Below, piece after piece: positions 25,819 through 38,027 of a stretch of 64,000 nt of DNA. Each line of letters starts with the position of its first letter. The stretch's first letter is position 1. Under the pieces are notes generated by a model that ran no database searches, was not told the DNA's origin, and saw only the letters and a program-made list of their open reading frames with translations. Source of the stretch: Cycas panzhihuaensis. Lineage: Eukaryota; Plantae; Cycadophyta. Both the position numbers and the translations under genes were made by a program. The stretch covers positions 127,603,741 to 127,667,740 of the forward strand of contig CM041465.1 of assembly GCA_023213395.1 (NCBI GenBank). Direction: 5' to 3'.

Positions 25819-25942
<124 letters not shown>

Positions 25943-27342
25943 ATTTTTAAATAAAAATATATCAAAAACTAAAAAGGTCCCTAAAAACTAAAAATACTAC
26001 TTAAAATAGATTAAAAAATAAGTTTAACATTACTAAAGATGGGCTAAAAAATGATTAAAAATGATAAAAAATAAAACTTTAGGTTAACACTAAAATTAAA
26101 AAGGGAATATTCTTTGAATATACTAAAATATATAACTTAAAGTTTTGAAACTGTAGAAATAAAAAATCAAATGATGAGTTTAAAAAAAAAGAGTGATTGA
26201 ATGGGAATATAGAGGGTGATTTCTCTCCATTAAAGCTATGAATTAAAGAATTGGCATTGTATTTGGGATGGGGATGCTACAAGGATCTCATTAAGTGGTC
26301 ATAGTGCACAATTTTATCCATCACATTATGAACAATAAGCCATTAAAAAATGTGAAGTCACCTAAATTACTTTACAACTCAATCGATTAATTGATTAATG
26401 AGTGAGCATTTACCATGCTTGAAGATTAGAATCACCCTCTACTTAAGTCTTAATACTTGTTGTAATTTTATAATGTTTGCCTTTCTTGCTATAATAAGGA
26501 ATATACCTAAATGAAGTTGTTGCCATAATATAATTTAGATAAAACACAAAAAGCTATTTATCTATAAAGGTTCAACCAACTAAATTGATATGGAAGGGTT
26601 TTAAACATATAAATTCATCTCTTAAACACTCAAAACTCTTGAAAGAATCCCACGGTTGGAGATGTTAAAGCTATAAAATAGGAATTCACTTACGGGTCAT
26701 GAGAAATAAGATATGGTCGCACTAAGGTTTATAGTCAACAAAACCTAAAAAGATCTATAAAATAACAAAACCTATCTACCTTATGTAAATAACTAGAATC
26801 CATAATAATAGTAAAGCTAGAGATAATATCAACAACATCCCCACCTGGATTAGAAAAATCTTAGTGAGAACTGAGATCAACCTAACCTAGAAATGGAAAG
26901 TTAAAAAATGCCTATTAATTAAGACTTTGATATATGTCAACTTTACTAAGAACTATTATTAATAAAGGACTACGTTTTTAGCTCCTTTTTTTGTTATCAT
27001 TGAAAACAAATGGGAATTTAGTGGCTCCCATGTTATAATTAAGATTTAGAAAATTTTTGACAGAAAGCCTAACTCTTTAAGTTATATAAAGTAGAATAGT
27101 ATTTGCTAGAAAACTCTTTATGTGTGGCATTTACAACTAGTCAAGGAAATATGCCCCATTCAATCTGAATGCCATCTTCCACATAGATATTCCATTCCTT
27201 CTATGAATTTTGTGAGAGGTCGAGTTATCACCACAGCCATACTAATTCGCAATTCAACTCCATATCTGAAAGTGTGAAGAGTATTTCCAAAAGCATAGTT
27301 AGGATAAATATTTGTGATTTAAAAAATATGAAAATTCCATCT

Positions 27343-27474
27343 AGAATGTTTACTAATTTGGGCCTAAATGAAGCTAAGGAGTTAGAAGAGAAAACACATG
27401 CTCTTCTAAATAAAAGAGTTAGAAAAGTAGAAGGTAAGTAGATTAATGAAAATTTGAAGGCATTGACTGCCAAA
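27343..27474 (+). pseudogene. RPL12: Captured fragment of an organellar-type ribosomal protein bL12 (L7/L12) C-terminal domain, antisense to Copia-B
   Basis: RMFTNLGLNEAKELEEKTHALLNKRVRKVEGK*INENLKALTAK aligns without gaps to bL12 consensus RxxTxLGLKEAKxLVEKxPxLLKxGVxKEExExIxEKLKAxGAK. Confidence 0.85.
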
Positions 27475-29280
27475 TAAACAATCAACTTGTCTTTAATACT
27501 AAGGGAAGGGGAGTGGTAGTTTGTGCTAGCTTCCACTTAAGTTCAAGTCACATAAAGCAATAATAAAACAATCATAAAATATACACATGAAAGATAATGT
27601 AAAGAGGTTAAATTTATTGATCCTCTAATATTAAAATATTTCATTAATCACACACACCATATGACATGAATGTTATACTTTGCATATATAAAATATTAAT
27701 AATTATAAAAGGGACATGGAATATGAAGGATTGATCATGCAAGTTGATATTTGGGACCTTGTATGATCAACTTACAATAATGTTACTATGAGATATGAGA
27801 AAATATGACCCCTCGTACTTAGGTTTATAACCTAAAGTTATAACCTATCACAAACATGAGACTAATACCCTTAGAATGTATTAATTTATTAACATCACTT
27901 CAATATTACAAATAAACATTATATTTATAAAATGAATAATGTTGAATTAATGAAATCAATATTAATTCTTTTATTAATATCAAAATATTATATATCTAAA
28001 TGAGTTCTTTTTTTCTTGATCCTTTCTCAAGTTCTTAAGCAATATGTGTACATATTTATGGATATATTACCTCATGAATATCTTATAATATCTCTTAAGC
28101 CTTTTCATCATCTAATAGGATGTGTACATGAATAATTATATATATTACACTTATCAATGTTTTTTGTGAATAGAATTTTATGTGGGTCTGTAACCTTATA
28201 TTAAACATTAGATATATGAAGATAACATATATTTTAATAGTTAAATGTTGATTGATATTTAATCAACTTTGGCTAATATTTTGGCTATGTGGAAGCTTCC
28301 TTTGAGATCACCTATTGTTTTTAGTACCTAAGTTAATGATAGAATTTGATTAATTATGGTGATTAAATAGCAAAATTCCTTGATTATGGTATTTAAAAGG
28401 AAAAGTTCCATATGATTTGGAGGATAGAGTTATTTGTGTGTTTCTAAATAAAGTTACTAAAGAAGCTGCTATTTTTATGCCCATATACAAAGGAGTGGAA
28501 TGTTGTTAATCTTGTGTTCTCAAATTGTTCATCTATCCAAGTGATTTGGACTATTCTTAAAATGGTAGATAAATGTTGATTGACTCTCCTAGTGAACTAA
28601 AAGCTACAATAGTTGGTCACCCATGTAGTTTGGTAGATGGTAAAGTTTTTATATGGGTATTAACAGACTCATTGATGTGGATGTATTCATAATGTAACTT
28701 ATAAAGAATGGGTTTTCTAAGTAGTAGTGATTACTAATATATTGATGAACATTATTTTAGGATTGACAGTATTTTTTGGTGGTGACTTGAAGATGAAGGA
28801 GAAGGCAAAGAAGAATGATGTTCCTCCTTATGATCCAACAAGAAGATAAAGATTAATATCTTATGTAATTAATTATTATTAGAGAGAATATTAGAAATAA
28901 TAATTAATTACTTCTTTGTAAAATTATATCTTATAAGGTTAAGTTGTGTCTCCAACTCTCTTATTATGTATCATTACTAATTATGAGCACCATTAATATA
29001 TATGCATAGCTCACATATTTATGTAATATTGCATTAGTGGATTTATAGTTCTTTTATAGTATTAGTTAGATATAAGGTCAATTATATTTATAATTATGTA
29101 TATTTATCGAATGTTATTCTTTAAAGGGTAGTCATTCTTTCAATATATAATTATGTCCTTAGTGTGCATGTTTTATTTTCCTTTGCTTCCATGTTCATCT
29201 TATAATGATCTTATTATTTATACTTATATTTATGAATGCCACTTATTATATTATTTTCTCCAACATAATATATCAAGCTA

Positions 29281-29327
29281 AATTTATTTCTAACATATGG
29301 TATTAAAGTATTTTTTATTTTCTAACA
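29281..29327 (+). mobile_element. LTR 3' end plus degenerate PBS of an ancient element that probably hosts D and G
   Basis: ...ttatttctaaca ta tggtattaaagt; faint Gypsy gag-like residues at ~41430-41620 (TLEGKIK); partner LTR not found. Confidence 0.4.
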
Positions 29328-29912
29328 TTTAAGACTTGGGATATGGGAGGGAAATATCCTTTTCAAAGAATACTTTGATGACCTAGGGATAATAAGTAGA
29401 GATTTTTTCCCTTCCTTTTAAAAGATAGAGGATGCTTAAAATTTTAAGGGTAGATTATATGTTTTGTATTAAGTCAAAGACCTATTATAAATTAGTGAAA
29501 AGTGATTTGTTAAACTAAGACCTTAGTATTTGTTAGAGTATGGAGAATATAGCAGAGCAGGTAAACATACAAATCAAAGTAACATTTAAGCTATATTGAG
29601 AGTATATATTATAAAACTCATTGTATTAAGCCATATTTAAAGAGAGTACATATAAATTCTTTTGTGTAGGTAGTGTTGAAGAACATCGGGGTTTTGCACC
29701 CTATAAAATATATACTTGGGAAGGAGGAGGGAATCCTCCTCAACCTCCAAAATTTAAAGTAATATAAAATAATGACTTAACATTAAAATAATAATAATAC
29801 ATAATAAAATAATCTCACCTTAACTTACCATGAGGATATATGCACTCACATGTTCTTAAAGTGGGAGTTAAGTGAGGGATATTAACCCCAACATACTCCC
29901 CCTTAATGTTTA

Positions 29913-30445
29913 TCACTTCTTCTTTAGTTTCTCTTTGAATTTGTGGTACAAGTACTTTAGGTATACTTTGACAAGGTGATTATACTTATGTCCTTTGGCT
30001 TTATCATCTTTGAAGTGGTCAATAGCTTGTGTCATTATCCTTTTTATGTGGTCTTCAACAAAATATAGTTCAAGTGTAGACCTAAAGTATATCGTTAATA
30101 TCATCTGTCTCACAAAAAACACATCGTTAATATAGTTAAAATTTATTTAAATATAAAATTTCTCTCCCATAAAGTGAGTCTCGGGTATCCCAAACTAATT
30201 TTGATGTGGTTAAATCACCAACACTAGTGAATACATCATCATATAGTGTAGAAAATATTATAGCTAAGGCTTCATTATTTTTTTTTAAAGTTTTCTATAA
30301 AATTAGGTTCATTCTCAAGATAACCATCACTTAAATAATGTCATAAATTATTTACAATGAGATGGGTTTTTAAAATATATTTCCAAATATGAAAGTTAGT
30401 CCCATCAAATATGGGAAACCTTAAGTTATCTTCATTCATTATCAT
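29913..30445 (-). pseudogene. Truncated Copia-type Gag of element D with a novel C-terminus
   Basis: MIMNEDNLRFPIFDGTNFHIWKYILKTHLIVNNL*HYLSDGY...EALAIIFSTLYDDVF (Copia gag N-terminus), ending HLVKVYLKYLYHKFKEKLKKK. Confidence 0.75.
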
Positions 30446-32792
30446 TGTAATCAATAAATCATAACCTTGAATGAGAAATTAATCTTGAATGAGCAATAAA
30501 AAAGTGGTATATCTCTTTAAATAATGAGACAAATAACTAATAAACAATCCTTTAAAATTAGATTCAATGAATGATATGTGTAAAGTACCTTTTATAAGAC
30601 TTTAAAATAGGTTAATGTTCCTTCAAATAATCAAATGTAACTTTGAAATACTTTTCAAAAAATGAGAAAAATTGATCCTTTAATTTCAAAATCTTATTAA
30701 GAGTAAATAACCATCAAATAAGCCTTTCAAATCAAAGACAACATGCAAATAGTTATGAATGTGTGCTCCTTAAAAAATAATATAAATAACCTTTATTAAA
30801 ATGAAACTAAATAAGGAGCTAAAAATATGAGCCTTTAATATTCAAATGCAAAGTAATAAAACTTTGAAATGATGATCAATATTCAACTTATAATCTTTTT
30901 AAGTAATGATGAATATAAAAGTCCTTAAAATGAAGAACTATGATGTATGTATTTAAATATAATGAGATGCTTAAAAGAAATGAGCCTTAAAAGCATAAAG
31001 CAGCCAAAAAATAACTTACAACTATGCAATGTAATGCACTTATGAAGCTTAAAAAAATATAATGGCTTTAAGGCAAACAAAATGTTCCTTTTAACTTGTG
31101 AGCTCAAGATATATAAAGTTGTAGCAAATGTTTCTAGAAGCAATGTAAATGAAATGAAGAAATGCTCTTTTGTAGATTCACATACAAACTAGGTGCAATC
31201 TTGAGGTATTCAAGAAGGAAAAAGATCTTAAATAACAAAAAATGCTTAAGGAAATTTCCTAGATTTAATTTTATATATTAAAGAAAGAAAATGATAATGA
31301 TAAAGAGTAACAATTTGTCACTTTTGATTCAAATAACACTCTTGATCTTCAAAAAGCTAAAAATGATGCTAAAGAGTTGAAAAATAACTTGTAAGCTTAT
31401 AAAACCAAGTAAATATTATCAATAATTAATTAGTATACAGATAATAATTAAATATATTAAGTTAGAATAAGAAATTTGGCTTAAAATATCAAAGAATGTG
31501 TTTAATTAGGACTGAAACAGAGCCTTAATTTCAATGGCTTTAAAGACTTGTAAAATAGTGTCAAATCATGATAAAACCTATTCTAATATGTAGATAATAA
31601 AAAAATCTTTCTAATGGATATAGTCGCTTGAAATATGGGCTCTTGGATCGAAAGTTATAACTATTTTAAGAACTTTACTACTAGGGTTTCTAAGGGCTGT
31701 AATAATACCTAGTGGTAAAATACTAATAACTTTTTACTCCTACCTCTAATTGGCCTCGAACCTCTTCTATTTGAAAGGAAATTCATAAATGCATAGAAAA
31801 AAAAAAATTTATAGTCATTTGGATACTTATAACCAAAGTTATGTCTATTTTTAACCGAGGTTATAGAATTGTGCCAAAAGCACATTGACTGAAAATAAAG
31901 TTGAAGTTAAATCTAATATAATTTCTATAAATTTTTATCAAAACCAACACTATAATTGCTCGAAATTGATGGCACAAGCCTTTTAATCTCAAATTCTCTA
32001 TTGATTCTTCAAAAATATTTTAATTTTACTCCCAACAAGTAAAACTTTCATATATAAGAAATCGAAGCAACTCTGCTAGGGTTCTGGTTTTTGAAGGCGG
32101 CGGTGACTTCTGTATGCAGAGATGACCTCTATTATGATCTGGGAGGACGATCAGCCATCTAGACTCATCTGGAGATGGCAAACGAAGACTTTTACCTTAG
32201 TTTTCCAAGCTGAGCATGAGGCGTGGGGGTAATGCTTTCATCGCGGGGGTAGCTTGTAACGAAGAGGGTTCAGATGTGACCATAACGGTGGAGCGAGCCC
32301 TCTGGCTGCTTATCTCGAGGCCCAAATAGGAGATACAGGCTGGAAAGAGTGATAGTAGAGTGGAGTGCCTAGATAGGGTTCATGATTCTAAAGAGCATCT
32401 AAATATAAACATATAGGAAGGGAAGGAAGTTGAGAAGACCGGGAGTGCTCTACACTAGACATAAGGTGCGTTGCTAGAGCCGAAGAGCAGGAATGAGGAT
32501 TCCCTCAAGTAGTCTACTAAGTTTAAATAAGATCTAGATCTTAACCTGGGGAGGTATGCTCTAGACTTTCATTGGAAATCTAGTTGCAGATGGTGTTTTA
32601 TAGGGAGAACAGGATCTTGGGTTGCGATGTACAATAGTAAGATACTCTACTCCATAAGAAGTCAGATCTCCTTTCATATATTTTATTTATTTTTTAAATA
32701 TAGATAAGGAACAAATGATTTAAAATTAGTTTAATAACTCTTCCTTGGGTAAATCCTACTCTAAAGTTCTAAAAGCTAGAGAAGAGGAAGAA

Positions 32793-33990
32793 ATGTTTTA
32801 ACCCCCATCACTCAAGATAATAAAGTAAGGCTAAAAATCCCAAAAAACTTGGTATTGAGAGCAGAGAAACTATGGGAGAACTGCCTAGTTGGCAAATTCT
32901 CTAGCCCTAGACCAAGGTTGGAAGCTATTGAAGCTAGACCAAGAATAAATGGAGGACAATAGGGAACGTGGAAGTCATAGCTATGCCAAAAGGCTATGTC
33001 CTCTTTAAATTCACTTCCTAAGAAGACATGACAAACATCCTCTTAAGGGCCCCTTAGATGTTAGGTAGGAAAGCATTGATTTTAGAGAAGTGGTATAGAG
33101 AATTCAACCCATCAGTTCCTATGGTTAAACAGGCCCCTATCTAGATTTAGCTACCTAGCCTTCCTTTGTAATATTAGAACATGGAAGTCTTGAAGGGGAT
33201 GGCGAGAGTTGTGAGCCCCTCCTAGCGATTGACTCAGTAACCAAAAATAAGAGTAGGTTTATCAATACCAGGTTTTAAGCTCTGGCTAGGATCGACAAGC
33301 CTCTTATTGATGAAGTATGGATGGACATGGAGGAATAGAGTTAGGCCCAACCACTGATATAGAAAATGGATAACTTTAGATGCTCGATTTGTAGAAGGTT
33401 GGGGCACTTACCTTAGAAATGCCCAGGAGAAAAGTAAATAGAGGAAGAAAAATAGAAAGAAAACATAGAGCTAAAAGATAATATCTAGAAGGAGGAGGAT
33501 TCCCTTGAGTTGGAGCAAGGAAGGTGTGCTCTTGGGCAAGAAGAGCGTCCTCTTGAAATACGAGGAGAGTGCCCTCTTGAGATGAAAGGTGAAGACCATC
33601 TTGAGTTACAAGGGGTAAAGGACTTTGGTTTAAAGCCCAATTTGGAGGACACCCTCTCTAATTTAGGTGATCAGGAAATCCAAGCACCGAGCTCACTAAA
33701 GCGATCCAAAGGTAAAGACAAAGCAGGGGAAGTTGTCCCAAAAGGAAAGAGCGAAGAGATCCTATTATAGGTGGTCCAGTGTGAAGGGGCCCAGAAAAAG
33801 GCTCTGGATGTCAGCGTCAAAAAGCAGGTAGGCAGGCCCCCTCTGAGAATAGTCTGGGAAAGGGAGGTGGCTACACAGGTGGATTGGAGTAACCAGAAAA
33901 CCCTCAATGAGGGCTTCTTGGAAGGTCTGAGACTCAGATCTATAATTGATGGATGAGACCCTGCAAAGGGGAGGTAACGAAGATTTGGAA
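32793..33990 (+). pseudogene. LINE ORF1 (DUF4283-like plus CCHC knuckle; ends approximate)
   Basis: WENCLVGKF..PRP, KGYVLFKF, LEKW..EFNP, I*LPSLPL, RCSICRRLGHL..KCP. Confidence 0.85.
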
Positions 33991-34005
33991 ACAAAGGAAA
34001 AAAAG

Positions 34006-37000
34006 ATGAAACTCATCTCATGGAATATTAGGGGATTGAATGCCCCCTTCAAACAAAGGATCCTAAGAGATATAAGAAGAAGGGAATCCCTAGATCTTAT
34101 CTTTTTACAAGAGACAAAATTAAATTTGGAAAATAGCTTAAACACTAGGATCAAAATCTAGAAAAAAATGGAAGGCAAAAGAGTTGGCAATAATCAAGGG
34201 ACTGGAGGTCTAATGGTGATGTGGAATCTAGATGAATGGATTGGGGAAACCTTTGAGGAGGAAGATTCCTTTTTATCCATGTGGTTCACTAGTAGGAGAA
34301 ATAACATGAAATGGCTGACCATAAATGTTTATGCCCCAAATCACCACGAGGGTAGGAAGAGATTGTGGGATAGGATCATGGAAGTCTATTAAGAATGTGG
34401 TGCTCCTTGGATGGTTGCTGGAGACTTCAATACGACTCTCTATCTAGAGGAAAAGAAAGGGGGTCAAGAAGGATGGACAAGCAACATGCATAACCTCGGG
34501 TGCTTCATGCAGAAGGGGGGCCTTGCAGATGTGATGTTGAGAGGTGTACCTTTCACCTAGTTAAATAAAAAGATGGGCAACCAATTGATTTAGATCAAAT
34601 TGGACAGAGTCATGGTAAACTACGAGTGGAGTAGGTGCTTCAATAACTTTTATCTAGGGGCACTTCCTAAAATCAGATCAGATCATTCCCCTCTTCAACT
34701 CTGATTCTCTAATATGGAGAAGCATAAGGGGTCACCTTTTAGATTTGAGATGATGTGGATCAAATACCCAGACCTCATACAAAAGGTCAAGGAATGGTGG
34801 AATGTCCTAATTCGGGGGCACACAATGTATAGATTCTCAAAAAAGCTTGATTAGGTGAAAAGGCAAGTGAATGTTTGGAATAAAGAAACATTTCAGAATA
34901 TTCATCTTCTTAAGGACCAAACTATTAAGAATCTAAACGAAATTGAGAGAAGGGTTCAGAACGAAGGTAGAACCCAGGTCTTAGATAAAACAGAAAGAGA
35001 CTTGATTGAAAACCTAGAAGAACTGCTATTACAAATGGAGATATAAACACCAAATTCTTTCACATGACTGTAGTAAAGCATAGAGCTAGTAATAGAATTA
35101 ATAATCTTCAAAAGGATGACAGTTCGCTAGTGACCTGCATAGAAGATATTAAAGACCTCGCATGTGATTACTTTAAGGAATTATTCATAGAACCAAAGGG
35201 AGGAGGGAGGGAAGCTAGAGATACCTTCCTAAGATCTATACCCAGTTTGATCAACGAGGCCCTAAACCATTCATTGACTGCTCCCTTCACTCAAGATGAG
35301 GTTAAGAAGGCCATGTTTGGAATGAAGAGGGACAAAGCCTCTGGCTCAGATGGTTTCCCTCTCAGTTTCTTCTAGGAATTCTGGGACATAATCAAGGCTG
35401 ATCTCATGGAGGTAGTGCATGAGTTCTACTCAAATCAAAAGATTCTTCAAGAATGGAAAGCTACGTTTTTTGTTCTCATCCCGAAAAGGGAGGAAGCTGA
35501 GAGCATGGAGGACTTTCACCCCATCAGTCTTTGTAACGTAAAATATAAAATCTTAGCTAAGGTGCTTACCAATAGGTTGAAAAGGATCATCCCATGTATA
35601 ATCTCCCAAAATTAGGATAGTTTCGTGCAAGGTAGGCAGATCACAGATGGTATTATTGTGGTCCATGAAATACTGCATTCTATAAAGAAGAGGAAGGAGC
35701 CAACTATGCTAATAAAAATAGATCTTTCGAAGGCTTTTGATAGAGTTTCCTGGGACTATCTTCTGGAGTGCTTGGATGCATTTGGGTTTGAAGAGAAGTA
35801 GAGAACTTGGATAAAGCTTTACGTCTTAAATTAATAATTCTCGATCATTATTAATGGTTCTTCATCTAGGTTCTTCTCAGGGCATAAGGGGCTAAGACAA
35901 GGGGATCCCTTATCCCTCTACCTCTTTATTATCATGGAAGAAATGCTAGGTAGGACCATAGAGGATACTAGAAGATGAGGTTACATCACTAGCTACAAAC
36001 CAAAAGGTAAACCTAAGAAAAAGTAACGTTTACTTCATAAACACCCTGGGGTCCACTCAAAGAAGGATCAGTGAAATTTTGGAAATGGATATTAAGAGGT
36101 TGCCTACTACATATCTTGGTATGCCACTATTTGTGGGAAAGATAACCAAGGACTTGTGGAATCCCCTTATTGATCAGATATAAAGGAAGTTGGCTAGGTG
36201 GAAAGGGGCTCTTCTTAGCCAAGCTGGTAAGCTCCAACTCGTGGCTACCTCATTACAAAGCATTCTTGTTTATTAGATGTCTATTTTTAGAGTCTCGTCT
36301 AAGGTCTCTACTATGCTGGAATCCATCCAGAAGAGATTCCTTTGGTGTGGGATGGAAGAGAAGGAAAGAATCCATTTGGTAAACTGGAGCAAAGTTTGTA
36401 CTCCAAAATGGCCTAGGGGATTAAATCTTAGAAGAATGTCTATATTTAATTTTGTCCTTGTGGCTAAGCTAGGGTGGTAGCTAATCAAAGGCTGTGGGAG
36501 ATTATGGGAAAAAATCTTAACTCAAAAGTAACTTTAGGGAAGTTCCCTTCTTGAGAACATTGTTCCCCCTCCTGGCTTAGTTATCTAAAGGAGCATCCTT
36601 AGTATCAGGCCCATGGTGAAAGCTGGGTTGAAGTGGAATGTAAGGGATGGAAACACCATAAATTTTTGGGAGGATGCTTGGTGTAGTGAAACATGCTTAA
36701 AGAACTATCCTATATTAGCTCCCCTTCAACCTACCTATGAAAGATTATTTGACATCCGTGCAAAGGATTATTTGATAGGAAGGGGTAGAAGGAAAAGATA
36801 GAGGAATTTCGAGGAACTTCAGGTGGGGTCTTTTTCCTAGGAAGGTGTTAGAAAGCTTAAAGAGATTCTTGGTAAATGTTATATACCTAAAACAAATAAG
36901 GCAGACTCAGTAGTCTGGCCCTCTATCTAAAATGGGAAGTACTCAGTTAAGCAAGGTTATCTCTATCTCTGTTCAGAGAGGGGGATTCAGAGGAATGAGA

Positions 37001-38027
37001 TTTTGGAAGGTGTTTGGAAGTTGAACCTTATCCCAAAGATTGTTGTTTTCTAGTGGACCTACCTCAAGAATAAAATTTTAACAGTGGATAACCTCATGAG
37101 GAGGGGTCACCATCTATCTAATAGGTGTATCCTATGTTGTACCAAGGAGGAATCCGTGGGCCATATTTTTCTCTGGTGCTCCTACTCAGGTGAGGTTTGG
37201 AGACTCCTACTCGACCTCTTTGAGGTGAAGTGGGTCTTTCTTGGCAACATAGTAGATTAATAAATTTCTTAGCTAAGCCCCTTCAGGAGCATAGTCTTAG
37301 GTTATGTGTGGAAAAATGCACTTCCTGTGCTGCCTTGGAACCTATGGAAGGAAAGGAATAGAAGGATATTTTGAGATAAACAACTAGACCCGAAGTCTAT
37401 CTTTAATGTCATATACACAGATATTAAGGAAAATGTCAGAAGCACATAGTAGAAGTGCTTGGTGCTGACAAAAGGCAAGATCCTGTAGAAGTGGGGCATG
37501 CAACTGACCATCAGGGATGAGACATTGAGAAGAAGTCCCTAGAATCCCCTTGAGGAGCACTGGCTAAAAATAAATTTGATGACACCTCAAAAGGTAACCC
37601 CAGTGAAGCTGATGGCAGTGGTATCTGTAGAGATGACAAAGTCAACTTCATATGGGCCTTTACAGAGTACTATGATCAATAATTGAACAACTTTGCAGAG
37701 ATGGTAGCTATGCATAAAGCTGTGAACTTAGCCCTAGAAGGGGACCTTCGTAAGGTGATCATTAAGGGTGACTCCCTGAATGTAATAAATATGTTAAAAG
37801 GCATATTGACCCTAGAATGGAGATTCTAATCTATGATTGAAGATGCCCAGGAAGCACTAAAGGACCTTAGAAATGTTCAAATTCTGCATACATCTAGGGA
37901 AGGCAATAAAGTGGATGACCTCCTGGCAAACTGGGGGGTTAGGAATAGGAGCTTTATTATTTGGAATGAGGATTTACCTATGGAGATTATGAAACTAGTT
38001 GAAATTGAAAGGACTCATGATAGCTAG
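34006..38027 (+). pseudogene. LINE ORF2 (endonuclease-RT-zinc finger-RNase H), disrupted
   Basis: MKLISWNIRGLN, LQETK, GDFN, SDHSP, KASGSDGF, FHPISLCNVKYKILAK, DLSKAFDRV, GLRQGDPLSLYLF, CILC...ESVGHIFLWC, HTSREGNKVDDLLA. Confidence 0.95.

Noticed and set aside
26255-26320. GDATRISLSGHSA, esterase-like motif in the Copia-B leader
   Set aside because: Too short, lacks the final Gly of GxSxG and has no flanking support
28240-28860. Possible DNA-transposon or gene remnant ending in an acidic stretch
   Set aside because: Too decayed to assign by eye
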